Below, piece after piece: positions 38,501 to 47,713 of a stretch of DNA of 64,000 bases (the first letter of the stretch is position 1; every line of letters begins with the position of its first letter). Position numbers and translations under genes: made by a program. This DNA comes from a virus: the IMG/VR virus record IMGVR_UViG_3300023178_003744, positions 13,224 through 77,223 of that record; one strand, 5' to 3'. The notes below the pieces were generated by a model. That model was not told where the DNA came from, did not search any database, and saw only the letters and a list, made by a program, of their open reading frames with translations.

Positions 38501-41500
38501 TAGCAATGTATAATCCAGAACCACTAATTGCTACCCGTGTGCCTAAACCGGAAGTTGTGCTATCTAGCTGATTAGTACTATCGTCACCAGTTATTATAGT
38601 TTGACTTAATTGATATAGCCCGTTGATATTTCTGTAGACTACAATTTTAGACGGTTTATCTAAATATGTTGCTCTTGCTACAAGTACATCTCCATTTTTC
38701 GATACGTCAAATGTAGAGCCAAATGTCTCTAGTAGTTCTTGATCTAATATAGTAGAGTAATCTACTGAATCATTTATAACTACAGTTCCTGTATTGTTAG
38801 GTATATGTCCTACATAGTCTATGTATTCAGATTTCTCTGTCCAATTAGCAATATTAAATACACTAGGCACTAGATTTGTTTTTGCTTCATACAAAGTGCC
38901 ATCAGGGTCATCAAGATAAATTATATCACCTGTTCTATAATTAAGTGTTTCGTCAAAAGCACCTTTGTATTTCTTAAATTTAGCTAGGTCCCAAGAATAA
39001 TCAACTCCGTCTATAGTACCATTATTAACAAAATATATTTTACCAGGTAATACAATGCTTTCGTCACCTTTCGCTGCAACAAATGCTTTTTGATTACTAC
39101 CATCTATTCGTAAAGTTACCTGAGATCCTAAATGTCTATTACTTTGTCTATCTGGTGTTGTAAAGTTACCTATTAGTTCATGACCCTGCCCTAAACTCTT
39201 ATATATAGAATACATTCCTTCATTTGTAAAATTACTTGCTTCTCCGTTTATATCAGCTGGAATGTTGAAAATCTCTTTCCAATTGCTGTTAATAATACTA
39301 GGTGATTCATTTGTAATAGGTGCACCTAAAATTTGTCTATTTGTATACAACCAATATTCTGCATCTATTAATTCGTTTTGACCTGTATACTGTATCTCTA
39401 AACTATTGTCAAGTTCTATGCTTACTGTATTTTCAAAAACTAATAAGTCGCCTATTCCTTGAGCTGAATTTCCTAAACTTACAGCATTTACATTTCCTAT
39501 TTCTCTATCTATTTGATAAATCGAGCTAGGGTCGCTAGGTATTGCTAAAAATTCTATAGCTGCTAAGTCACCATAATCAAATCCTTTGCTCCAAGTGCCT
39601 GTTGTATTTTTTACAAATATTTTTACATTTGTGCCATTACGTTCTATGAATGCAACTTCTGCTGTTGCTCCAGTACTTTTATCTCTTACTGTTTGGCCAA
39701 TTTTAGGTTGATAAGGTTCGCCGTTAGTCTGGAATTTTGTAAATTCAAAACTAATGTACCCATTCCAAATGTCAACAATATTGTGTTCTCTATTAATTTG
39801 CCCCGGTGACAAACCAATATTAGTAATAGGATTTTGTACGCCCAACGTGTAATTAGGAATTTGATTTACATATATGTAAACGTCATCGCCTATAGATAAA
39901 GTGTCTAAAAATGCAGACGGTGCTCTAACAGCAAATTTTGTATTTAAAATTTCTCCATTTACATTATCAGCATTAGGAAAACCTTCATAGCTAAAAGTTT
40001 TAATGTAAGAATTTACATTATTTTCACTGTCTATTATTGTAGTATTAGTATCATATATGTTGTGATAATCATTAATGTAAGTAGAATCTTCACTTATGTC
40101 AAGGTATATTAATCCTCGACCTTCGTCTGTCAATGTAGAACCATTTGTAACTGTATATGTTGGTGTTTCGATAAACCAAAAACCGCCGTATACAATTCTA
40201 TCTGCGTCTAGTTGTTTTACAAAATCTCCTACAAATTCACCAGTATTAAGTAAAAACAAAGATGCAGTAGTATTAAATGTACCAACAGTATCTTTTAGAT
40301 ATACTATATATTTGTCTTCGTCGTTCTTGTGAACATACGCAACTGTACCTGCGCCAGTTGAAGACTGCACTGCATCGCCTACTTGTGGAATAGTGTTAAT
40401 ACTTGCAAAATATAATGTTGTATCAATAGCTTCCCTAATTATATGTTGAGATTCAAAAAATGCTTCGTCTATTCCATTATATTCTAAATTAAATGGATTT
40501 GTTGGCACTAGCGTTTCTTGATCTTGATAGGTTTTTGTAAGTGTGTTCCATGCAAATTTTGCTTGATATGAATCAGCATTACGAGTATTATCGTATAAAG
40601 TTTTAGGCACTCTTACAAGTATATGATTTACATCTCCTGTAAATGCAGGTATACTAGTACCAGTACGTAGTGCATAATTTCCTACATTCAGTATAGAATA
40701 AGTTTCTGTTCTGTTTTCTTGATTTGAATCAATAATACCTTGAGTAACACTGCTAAAAGTATTAAACAAGTTTCCGTCGAGCGCTGGAATTAGATCAAAT
40801 TTTGATTCCCATAATCTATCTTTATATTTTACAATATCGCCCTCGGAGTATGATACCGACGTTGAAAACGCATCTTTGTATTTGGTTTTTACATTAGATG
40901 CTGTAGGCGAACCTACAATTATATGAGGTCCTTTTATATCTACACTAGAACCAAATTTTAAATTATTACCAATGCTAGTATCTGGCTCTAATACATCATT
41001 TAAAGTCCAAGACGAAGAAGCAGATTTTCTACTGTAAACCCAAACTTTTCCTTGTTCATTTTCAGGATCACCTATTACTAAAATATTATTATTATCGTTT
41101 ACTGCAATACTATCACCAAATGTTCCACTAAATGTTGTTTCGGTATCACTAGGTCCGTTTACTTTTTCTAATAAATCAAATTGATTACTATTTTTGAGTA
41201 CTTGCCAATTATTAGATTCGGCAAAATTATCAATCCAAATACGCATATTGTCATCAAAAGATTTCTGTAATGTTTGATTAGCTTCGCCGACGTCTGTAAA
41301 TCTTACCTTCTCTAATTTTGTAATATTTGCTGTTAGATTAGATCCCGAAGGAAGTTGTTTTGTAAATTTTACATATAATGTGTCATTTTCTTTTCTTGTA
41401 ACCTGTCCGAAATAATTAACTGATGAATTATATACTGACTCATTTAAAGTAACTGAACTGTCCGCAAGGTTTCCGCCTTGATCAGTATTAGGTGCATAAA

Positions 41501-44500
41501 AATTGTTTATACCTATAATATCATTTACTTGTATATCGCCAACTGGTTGTTTAAATTGTATTTCTGCAACATAAAAAGTAAGTGCTTTAGATTCTGTAAA
41601 AGCGCCTAAATCGCCAAATAATGATTCAGCTATTGCTTGATCCGATAATCTATTTGCTTGTTGTATTTTTGCTTGAGTGTCTAGATATTGTTGATAAAGA
41701 AAATCAGACTGTTCTCGATCAATAATGTTAACTATTTCTTCTAATGTTAAAGTTTCAGTAGACACATTTATAATTTCATAGTCGTCGATAGCTTTGACTT
41801 GTAAATCTGTTTTTACATGTTTGTATACATTCCAATCTTCAGTTTTATCACCAAATATCCAAAGATATTCATTATTTCCTAAAACATTTGTTCCTACTCC
41901 TATTATGTCAGCTAGATTTGATAAACCTGCTTTTACATCTTCTTTGTGAACATAACCAGCTGTGTTCACATAGCTAGTAAATTGTTTTTTAGTGGGGAAC
42001 GGATTATTAATGTTTTCTGAAGGAACATATACATCATAAGTTGGAATGTTATACGTTGTGTCACCGTTCGTATTTTCATCAGCAATTTGTATTAATTGCG
42101 GATTAACAATAAACTTTGCTTCGTCTAGTTTAACTTCAAATTCATCAAAAGTTGCCGAAGCACCGTATACACCATCTCTAATTGCCCATTCTTCATAAAA
42201 TTCCAAACTGTCTTTATCTTCACTTGCTAACGCATCAAACAATTTAGAAAAAGCATTTTGAGTTCCTTTTTCGAGAATCATGCCCTGATAAAATTTATAT
42301 TGACTTACATCGTCAGCTATAATATTTTCAAGGTAATCTCTTTTTTGATATCCTATTAGGTGTTGAGCAAATTTTTGCTGCTCGGTATCAAAATTATCAC
42401 TATCTAGATCATAAAAATCACCAAATTGATTAACTTTATATTCAAAATTAGGTAACAATCCTTGTTTTGGTTTTTCGTTTAATGCAATCCAATTAGAAGC
42501 ATTAAAAAATTCTGTACCAAGAATTTTTTTATCCGCAACATAAAATTTTTGTTCATATTGAATAAGGTCGCCTACATCATATGATTTATTTGATTCCCAC
42601 TGTTCGTAATCTGCATCTTGAAAAACAAAACCCGGGATGTTAGCACTACCATTCCACTCATCAGTGCTATAGCCTAATATTTTTATTCTTTCTTGCCTAT
42701 AACCAGGTATAAGATCAAAAATTACGTCACTAAATATAGTTTGATTATTCAATAAAATTACATGCTCTTTTTGAATTAAGGGCAATTCTACGTGATAAAT
42801 TCCTTCGCCTGTGTCTTCGTCGTTTACATATAATGTATAGTTAGAATCACTTCTACCTACTGAAGATAAATTAATTTCTAGTATATTTCCATTAGCATTA
42901 TACAATGTATTTCCATTAGGACCATTATAAATGTCACCAACTACAGCATAAGGATTTTGGAATTCTAAATAATTAGATCCTGGGCTTAAAGAAATTAAGC
43001 TACCTTCATCTAAGTCAAATAAAGTCCAAAACAAAAATTCTTTCGACGTGTGTAACCAATTATATACAACATTTTCGTTGCTTTTATAGTATTCAAAAAC
43101 AAAACCTTTTTGTTGTAGATATTCGCCATAGCTGATTAAAAAGTCAACTACTTCTTGTTCTGTAGTTAACAAAGTGCCATATGGGATTTCTTTTATTTTT
43201 GCTTGAAATTGTGTACGTATTTCAACTGTTTTACCGCCTATAATAGGCAAGCTATCTAGTTTTGCAAAAAAATCTAGATTAAATTCTGTTTCTCTATTTG
43301 TTGCGGTACATCTATAAAATGTATTATTATTACGCACAATCGTACCAGTGGTATATAAGTTGCCGCTTTGCCATTCAACATATGATTCACTTATACCACC
43401 TACGTTTATAGGGTAATCTGTACTACTAGCAATATGAGGGAAAATAGAAAAATATCCTTTTGCTTTGTTATATCCTTTTAATAAAAATCCTTCTTCAGTT
43501 CGTTCAATAATTACACCGCTATAGGAACATATATCAACAGGAGTGCTCTCATTGTAAACAATTTCGTAATCTTCTTCAGGTACAAAAACATTTCCTTTGT
43601 TTAGTGGTGTTCTGCTGTCAAGGATTAACTTTAATTTGTTTTTTTCCGTGTAACCTGCAAATTTAAATCCCATTTGATTAGTAATATTTTGCAAGTCATT
43701 TTTATAAAGATCGAAATTTTTCTTAATCATTTTTGAATAATTTGCAATATAATTTATTATACCACTAGTTGCAACATAATCATCGTCAATATTATTAGGA
43801 GGATACACTATGTCTTCTAACTGTAGTCTATTATTAGACGGTTTGTAAATTATATTTCCGCTTATATCTCTTATTTGATTATATCTATCAAATGCAGTTG
43901 CAAAAAATTCATTAGGTTTATTTAAACCATATGCCATAAGCAATGCAAACGGGTACTCGCTAGATCTACGCCAAGCTGCTTCAACAGGAGCGCCATCTCC
44001 AAATACAAAAGGCTTTTCTATATTATTAAAATTATAAGCACCGATCAAACCAATTTCTAATGGTTTAATTAAATCACCATGCTCGTCTACTGGAAGTATT
44101 TCAAATAAATTAGGCCTACTATATTTAGGATTGTAAATAGGTCTTTGATTAGGAACACGTATGATACCTTTTTGGATGTCTTCCCATAGTAAAAAATTAT
44201 CTTTTGTGTAAGGCGCTGAACCGTAGGTATCTTTCCACCAAGTAGGCTCAATAGAAAATCCTAGCATTTCCCACGGAGTAATATTAGGACGATCAGTATC
44301 GTAGTAGTATTTGAAAATTTCACGCCAAAAACCTGGCAATTTATTATACTCTATATCTGTACTATCACTGTAGTTATAAGTAAAACTATTATCTCGTTCA
44401 AAAAAATCATGACTATGATAGTCTGTGTTTATTAAATTTGTCCAAGCAATAAATTCAGGAGTAAGTGCTTTATTAACTAATTCAGTACTCAAAGAATCAT

Positions 44501-47500
44501 TTCTATAAAAGCTAGATTTCACTCTAGATATATCAAATAATTCAGTATTGTAAGTTACTTTAATATTATTAAAAATTCTTTTTTCTAATTCTACTAAAAG
44601 GTCATCTCTATAATCATCATAAGCTTTAGTTATAGATCCGTCATGACCTTGTATAACATTTACTGGTGTTTGTAATGTTGTATCTAAATAGATTTTTGGT
44701 TCAAAAAGAGGATACAAACCTAGTTTAGTTGGAGTAGGCGGAATGTAATTACCATTTGTACTTTCATATTCGTAAATTGAAATTACGTCTTGCGGCTGTT
44801 TATTAGCCGTTACTACTGCGTAGCCTTCGTTATTAAATGTATAATCAATTCCGTGCAATAATTGTACATCATTCAAATAAACTTGAACAGCTCTTGTTGA
44901 AGCATCTGCTAGTGTAAAGTTTTCAGCTAAAGGAAAATAAATTTCATCGCTATCTTCAATTTCGTGATCGGTTTTTATATTGCCACTGTATGGTACCATA
45001 TCACTAAAATAGAAGTTGTCATTTGTATTTTTATTACGAGAAAATTCTTCTAAAATTTTATCAACATGAGTTTTTGCATCACCGCTAATTCCTAAATTTT
45101 CGCTCAAGCTTAAAAATTCACGTTTGAATTTACTATACTCATTTTTAGCATAGCGTATAGCATCAACAAAATTAGCATTTTCATTTACTATATGATACAA
45201 TGATAAATTTAAAGGTGCGCTATGTTGTAAAAAACGTCTACCATTTTTATCAATATCTGATATATCTCTTAAATTACTCGAACCAGGATATTGGCCTATA
45301 AATTCTGCTGTATTTTCTACAATACTAGATACATGATCATTTACTTCTCCTAAAGTAAAAGTATCTAGATTTTGATTTTTAGGGTTTCGTTCTAAAGAAT
45401 ACGGAAATTCATATTTTCCATTTTGATTTTTCTGTAAATCTGAGGTAGTTTTTATGACTATGTTGTCGCCATACTCTAAAGCAGCAATAAAATCAATTCT
45501 TGCATATTCAGTTACATCGGGCTCTACAGTATAGTCTGTACCTTTAATTAAAAGTTCATTATTTTTGAATACATTGATCTGTATATTTTCAATATTGTTT
45601 GAACTATCGTCATATACGTCTATATAAACATTATTAAAAGATTCGTCATATACATATTGTCTGATCACAGGTTGTTTATATTCAGTAATTTTTTGCCATT
45701 GAGACACATTTTCAAAATCTGTTCTATTTTGATATTTTCGTAAATAGCCTTTGTTTACCTCTACAATCTTCTCGTTTTCGTTTTCTATGTACGTAAAAGT
45801 ACTTTGACCGTAATCAGACTCAAATACAATATCTCCTACATTATTAATATTTTGATATGATAAAGGAAAGCCTAATTCAGAGTCTGAAACACCAGTTCCA
45901 ACTTTGTATCCTACAATTCTATTACCATTAAATGTGCTAGATTCATAATAATTAATATCTCCGTAGCTGTAGTTATTGCTATCAAACATATCAAACAACG
46001 GAGCTTGATTTCTTTGAATTTTTCTTTGACTTACAGTCCAGGTATTATTTGCAAAAGATAAAACTTTCCCTTTATATTCATTACCTCTTAAAACTGCAAC
46101 TGTTTCGTTTTCTAAAGATTCTGCATCGTCGGCTTCTACTAAAGTAATTTGCCTTCTACCTGACACAATAGCATCATCTTCAATTGTACCATCATATGTA
46201 ATAAATTTTACTGTATAAATTTTATTTGTTACGAACGGATCTAGATCTGCAAGGAACAATACTCTCATACCGTCTGCTAAATCTACACCATCTACATTAT
46301 ATCCTATGCTTCCTTCAATAACAGAAAATACATCAACAGTAAAATCATCAACCAAATCAATATTCTGTTTTGCTTTTGTGCCATAGTTATATAATTTAAT
46401 ATTAGGATTAAATTCAATAATAGGTCTGCTGGCTCTAAAATTTTGATCTAATTCAACAACAGAATTATTTAGGTCTGCTGACTGTTGAATAATATCTTTA
46501 TGGAACCATCTATTGTGTCGTGACCATAGATTTCCATCTATAGATGATCTGTTAATTGTTAAATAATCTTTTTGCGACGGATATCCAATCGCTGTATCAA
46601 ACGGTTTAGAATCAAATTGTATACTATCAAAGTCTACTTCTATATCTGGTGTGTATTCAGAAGGTATATTAAGAGAATTTTCTTCTATGAGAGTAATACT
46701 ATCTCCAACTCCTTCGACGTAGAATGTTTTATCTTTATAATATGCTGGCTCAACTTCACCGATAAATTTAATTTTCATTCCGTTAGAAAATTCAACGCCG
46801 TTGCCTGATTTATAGTATTTCTTTTGTAGAATTTCTGCTTCTACGTCAACAAAAGCAGCTTCCTCTAAATCTTTGATTTCAATGCGTCCATTAATATTAA
46901 TATCCTCTGTTGATACATACCATAGAGTGTCCGGCGCATACTGGCTTAACTGTAAAGTTGCTGTGCCTTTTTCTAAACCTTGTATATCTAAGCCTTCATA
47001 TATTATAATAGATGAACTATCTAAATCAAAATTCGGCTGATCGGTTAATTTACTTCTAAATACAATAGGAAAATTTGGTATATCAACATCAAATTTATAT
47101 GTTATGCCTCTATACAATGTTAAAGTAGGATTGTTCGTTAATCCATCTGGTGTAAAGATATACGAGTACGAATCTAAATTATCACCAAGTCTTACTTTTA
47201 TAGTACTATCAACTTCTACCGAGTTTCCAGCAATACTAATTGCTTGAGGCCCGCTAGGTAGCCAATAGTATTCTCTAAAATTAGCAAATTTATCCCAATT
47301 GATATTAGGGTTCCATGCATAAAATTCTTGCTGGGTTAATAAACTATAATCTTTGTTAGCAGAATTATAATTTGCAAATGCATTAGTATAATCATTAAAA
47401 TCTTTATAGAATCTTGTATTGCCTAAATTATCTTTTATAATCGACGCAGGCTCAAACTTATAATCATTTCTCTTTTTAGAAACATCATCGAAGTATGTGT

Positions 47501-47711
47501 CATCTATATTATATGCTTTAGAATCTTTTCTCCCTACAAATCCATTAACTCTGTTAATTAAACCAGGAGATATAAACCTATCTAATGTTGCATTTAAAAA
47601 TTTACTATTCTGTGGAGTTCTAAAAATTTTAGGTAAATGATCTCTACTACGTCTTTTAGAAGATCCGTTAACTGGCAAGTTAGGTTCATTTTGAAAATTA
47701 TCGTAAGCCAT
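32571..47711 (-). CDS. Giant (5046 aa) baseplate wedge/virion structural protein, gp7-like position
   Basis: Follows the gp6-like gene; contains G.GY...P repeats, FG-GAP-like propeller repeats, CBM5/12-like W...Y..GD.V.Y modules and (G/A)DGST repeats. Confidence 0.75.
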   Translation of the reverse strand: MAYDNFQNEPNLPVNGSSKRRSRDHLPKIFRTPQNSKFLNATLDRFISPGLINRVNGFVGRKDSKAYNIDDTYFDDVSKKRNDYKFEPASIIKDNLGNTRFYKDFNDYTNAFANYNSANKDYSLLTQQEFYAWNPNINWDKFANFREYYWLPSGPQAISIAGNSVEVDSTIKVRLGDNLDSYSYIFTPDGLTNNPTLTLYRGITYKFDVDIPNFPIVFRSKLTDQPNFDLDSSSIIIYEGLDIQGLEKGTATLQLSQYAPDTLWYVSTEDININGRIEIKDLEEAAFVDVEAEILQKKYYKSGNGVEFSNGMKIKFIGEVEPAYYKDKTFYVEGVGDSITLIEENSLNIPSEYTPDIEVDFDSIQFDSKPFDTAIGYPSQKDYLTINRSSIDGNLWSRHNRWFHKDIIQQSADLNNSVVELDQNFRASRPIIEFNPNIKLYNYGTKAKQNIDLVDDFTVDVFSVIEGSIGYNVDGVDLADGMRVLFLADLDPFVTNKIYTVKFITYDGTIEDDAIVSGRRQITLVEADDAESLENETVAVLRGNEYKGKVLSFANNTWTVSQRKIQRNQAPLFDMFDSNNYSYGDINYYESSTFNGNRIVGYKVGTGVSDSELGFPLSYQNINNVGDIVFESDYGQSTFTYIENENEKIVEVNKGYLRKYQNRTDFENVSQWQKITEYKQPVIRQYVYDESFNNVYIDVYDDSSNNIENIQINVFKNNELLIKGTDYTVEPDVTEYARIDFIAALEYGDNIVIKTTSDLQKNQNGKYEFPYSLERNPKNQNLDTFTLGEVNDHVSSIVENTAEFIGQYPGSSNLRDISDIDKNGRRFLQHSAPLNLSLYHIVNENANFVDAIRYAKNEYSKFKREFLSLSENLGISGDAKTHVDKILEEFSRNKNTNDNFYFSDMVPYSGNIKTDHEIEDSDEIYFPLAENFTLADASTRAVQVYLNDVQLLHGIDYTFNNEGYAVVTANKQPQDVISIYEYESTNGNYIPPTPTKLGLYPLFEPKIYLDTTLQTPVNVIQGHDGSITKAYDDYRDDLLVELEKRIFNNIKVTYNTELFDISRVKSSFYRNDSLSTELVNKALTPEFIAWTNLINTDYHSHDFFERDNSFTYNYSDSTDIEYNKLPGFWREIFKYYYDTDRPNITPWEMLGFSIEPTWWKDTYGSAPYTKDNFLLWEDIQKGIIRVPNQRPIYNPKYSRPNLFEILPVDEHGDLIKPLEIGLIGAYNFNNIEKPFVFGDGAPVEAAWRRSSEYPFALLMAYGLNKPNEFFATAFDRYNQIRDISGNIIYKPSNNRLQLEDIVYPPNNIDDDYVATSGIINYIANYSKMIKKNFDLYKNDLQNITNQMGFKFAGYTEKNKLKLILDSRTPLNKGNVFVPEEDYEIVYNESTPVDICSYSGVIIERTEEGFLLKGYNKAKGYFSIFPHIASSTDYPINVGGISESYVEWQSGNLYTTGTIVRNNNTFYRCTATNRETEFNLDFFAKLDSLPIIGGKTVEIRTQFQAKIKEIPYGTLLTTEQEVVDFLISYGEYLQQKGFVFEYYKSNENVVYNWLHTSKEFLFWTLFDLDEGSLISLSPGSNYLEFQNPYAVVGDIYNGPNGNTLYNANGNILEINLSSVGRSDSNYTLYVNDEDTGEGIYHVELPLIQKEHVILLNNQTIFSDVIFDLIPGYRQERIKILGYSTDEWNGSANIPGFVFQDADYEQWESNKSYDVGDLIQYEQKFYVADKKILGTEFFNASNWIALNEKPKQGLLPNFEYKVNQFGDFYDLDSDNFDTEQQKFAQHLIGYQKRDYLENIIADDVSQYKFYQGMILEKGTQNAFSKLFDALASEDKDSLEFYEEWAIRDGVYGASATFDEFEVKLDEAKFIVNPQLIQIADENTNGDTTYNIPTYDVYVPSENINNPFPTKKQFTSYVNTAGYVHKEDVKAGLSNLADIIGVGTNVLGNNEYLWIFGDKTEDWNVYKHVKTDLQVKAIDDYEIINVSTETLTLEEIVNIIDREQSDFLYQQYLDTQAKIQQANRLSDQAIAESLFGDLGAFTESKALTFYVAEIQFKQPVGDIQVNDIIGINNFYAPNTDQGGNLADSSVTLNESVYNSSVNYFGQVTRKENDTLYVKFTKQLPSGSNLTANITKLEKVRFTDVGEANQTLQKSFDDNMRIWIDNFAESNNWQVLKNSNQFDLLEKVNGPSDTETTFSGTFGDSIAVNDNNNILVIGDPENEQGKVWVYSRKSASSSWTLNDVLEPDTSIGNNLKFGSSVDIKGPHIIVGSPTASNVKTKYKDAFSTSVSYSEGDIVKYKDRLWESKFDLIPALDGNLFNTFSSVTQGIIDSNQENRTETYSILNVGNYALRTGTSIPAFTGDVNHILVRVPKTLYDNTRNADSYQAKFAWNTLTKTYQDQETLVPTNPFNLEYNGIDEAFFESQHIIREAIDTTLYFASINTIPQVGDAVQSSTGAGTVAYVHKNDEDKYIVYLKDTVGTFNTTASLFLLNTGEFVGDFVKQLDADRIVYGGFWFIETPTYTVTNGSTLTDEGRGLIYLDISEDSTYINDYHNIYDTNTTIIDSENNVNSYIKTFSYEGFPNADNVNGEILNTKFAVRAPSAFLDTLSIGDDVYIYVNQIPNYTLGVQNPITNIGLSPGQINREHNIVDIWNGYISFEFTKFQTNGEPYQPKIGQTVRDKSTGATAEVAFIERNGTNVKIFVKNTTGTWSKGFDYGDLAAIEFLAIPSDPSSIYQIDREIGNVNAVSLGNSAQGIGDLLVFENTVSIELDNSLEIQYTGQNELIDAEYWLYTNRQILGAPITNESPSIINSNWKEIFNIPADINGEASNFTNEGMYSIYKSLGQGHELIGNFTTPDRQSNRHLGSQVTLRIDGSNQKAFVAAKGDESIVLPGKIYFVNNGTIDGVDYSWDLAKFKKYKGAFDETLNYRTGDIIYLDDPDGTLYEAKTNLVPSVFNIANWTEKSEYIDYVGHIPNNTGTVVINDSVDYSTILDQELLETFGSTFDVSKNGDVLVARATYLDKPSKIVVYRNINGLYQLSQTIITGDDSTNQLDSTTSGLGTRVAISGSGLYIAINEPLKDTIRKNEGRVLIYKQINGSFELLSVLENQNYDKNEQFGTEIDFDGEKLLISAKNSESIIDTTYDNNNTTFDYSFTRFAYTNANQGKVYIYDNIDDEFLLAQILSAPDNDIENFGSQIVLKNNNIYATSTFRDDSIGQIYNFKLTDTTTNTMWLKIRSLEETVDLSKIKKVFLYNRKTDKVIRNLDYIDIIQGKIAGVAEQEISFKTPDDPASYNIVSTSSSSDEGEDVIFDSGSPWAEEYVGKVWWDISNASFLNTYQNDVIYNSQTQNTLIDNSSIDVYEWVESRLTPSEYDSVVQEGLISGGFSVYGNRAYTVKQKYDVVSEQFVPRYYFWVKNKSTIPNVEGRNISISQIASIISNPVNAGIEFVSFLNGNSFLLNNVKKYLTDDDIVLSVQTFKVGNEDNNSHLQYQITTENLGSSQPNDDIILKWYDSLIGYDDFQRPVPDPRVPIKYRYGNLFTPRQTWFENRIEALKQVVERTNYVLKQNLIVDNKDLTPLFDADPPPTSEQQAYDQIVDTYDDLTDIKTEKFTQAKISLVIENGRVSRVDIVSKGRGYKVAPTVEIIGQGSGAVISTTIDSVGKLSSVVIENAGQNYDKDTIATVRSYRVLVNSDSNINTKWAIYERDTVFQVWTRAITQKFDTTLYWNYIDWYAKGYNQNTEINHIVETTHDIYTANINFNQTVKIKNVGTGGWLLLRRVNTTNSLDYTIDYDTIGRQNGTIEFSERLYKPLPFGYDSNSFDIKLYDFLPIFELRIILYAIKNNLFVNDLLDEYNKLFFASIRYLLSEQNNADWLFKTSFIKAKHNVGKLRKDLTFNNDNLPSYENYIEEIKPYKTKIREYLSIYDRLEPARALTTDFDLRVVYDDELNRIVVPKTKFINDQIEVESRFVEDYPNKIWLDNASFEITAVNIIDPGSGYRTPPIINLTSKSGTGAEIKTYIGTNGKLKRCEIINPGKGYFSVPEVEIISNITDSGTPARISVEIGNSKTRSLTSKMKFDRITNNFVVSVLESTESFVASGTSTQYTLKWPLDIRTDKIKVYVNDIELLLGDYTYENIEDKTKSYLRYLGRITTNNPLSEGSEVRIEYSKSIELLNAADRIGKLYLPQTEGLGKELSQLMSGVDYGGVEVKGLEFDNIKGWDNDVWFNSTWDSYVDTNEDEIFTFDGSTTQITLSSPLEANTTYNVYLNNTRLDDSAYDGSTIVDNPNAIMESLIGDGVTQTLYLDEFRMPGSANYAEIKVVQGDVLVIRKTSSDGTFAPMPDSIDTNLSGGNLTYGNAQGLLANDITIDGDNFVTPNTSGSVEEHVPGQVLDTLNIKVTQKAQGGSSVISSDTYYGDGSTKIYKVNADVFLNNQIIARLNGDIVDTAEFTVDFNNSSIEFNTAPANGDIISISNFSVGGNDILASESLISDGSTLSIITSVPYKENLQSIVSVDGIEKEHQLVNDDAGNTVVEFADSIQENAEIQYNIYNTSDHINYSQLSIENLTADGSSTQYEVQEGQTRSLNEWQVVVTVNDQVLDPGYYETFNLTANVFEYSLNKEQVDLGNIPGYTVEVYIDDTKLQYLQDYNWDSDRAAVILDNNVVSFDAGQDLKVYVRHNAEYQFGNFVNEEFIVDNNTITFDTIYAENAKIKIYRFNNATHQGLIRDRITVKSLSGLQENTKEWRKISNIINKKINLTTETVDAQYVWLSRNKQLLTPNVDYVIDSSKKVIEIITDVDLGDEFLVIHFAAGPVQSELSWIQFKDILNRTRFYAITNNQEYTLADDLYWYDKKLTLKNADNLPSPGVNDKPGIIWINGERIEYYVRDGNVISQIRRGTLGTGVPVLHEKSTEVLYINDEHRIPYKDETFSTIFTADGTSSEYELDFTPTSESEFEVFVAGSRLRKNSIASYRFEYKDDQGNVIQPIDQDSPEGDITLEPDFTIVDDSKLVLKNTPPENVKILVIRKKGMSWYESGKSLKDSATPAAVFLQNVSN

Positions 47712-47713
47712 TA

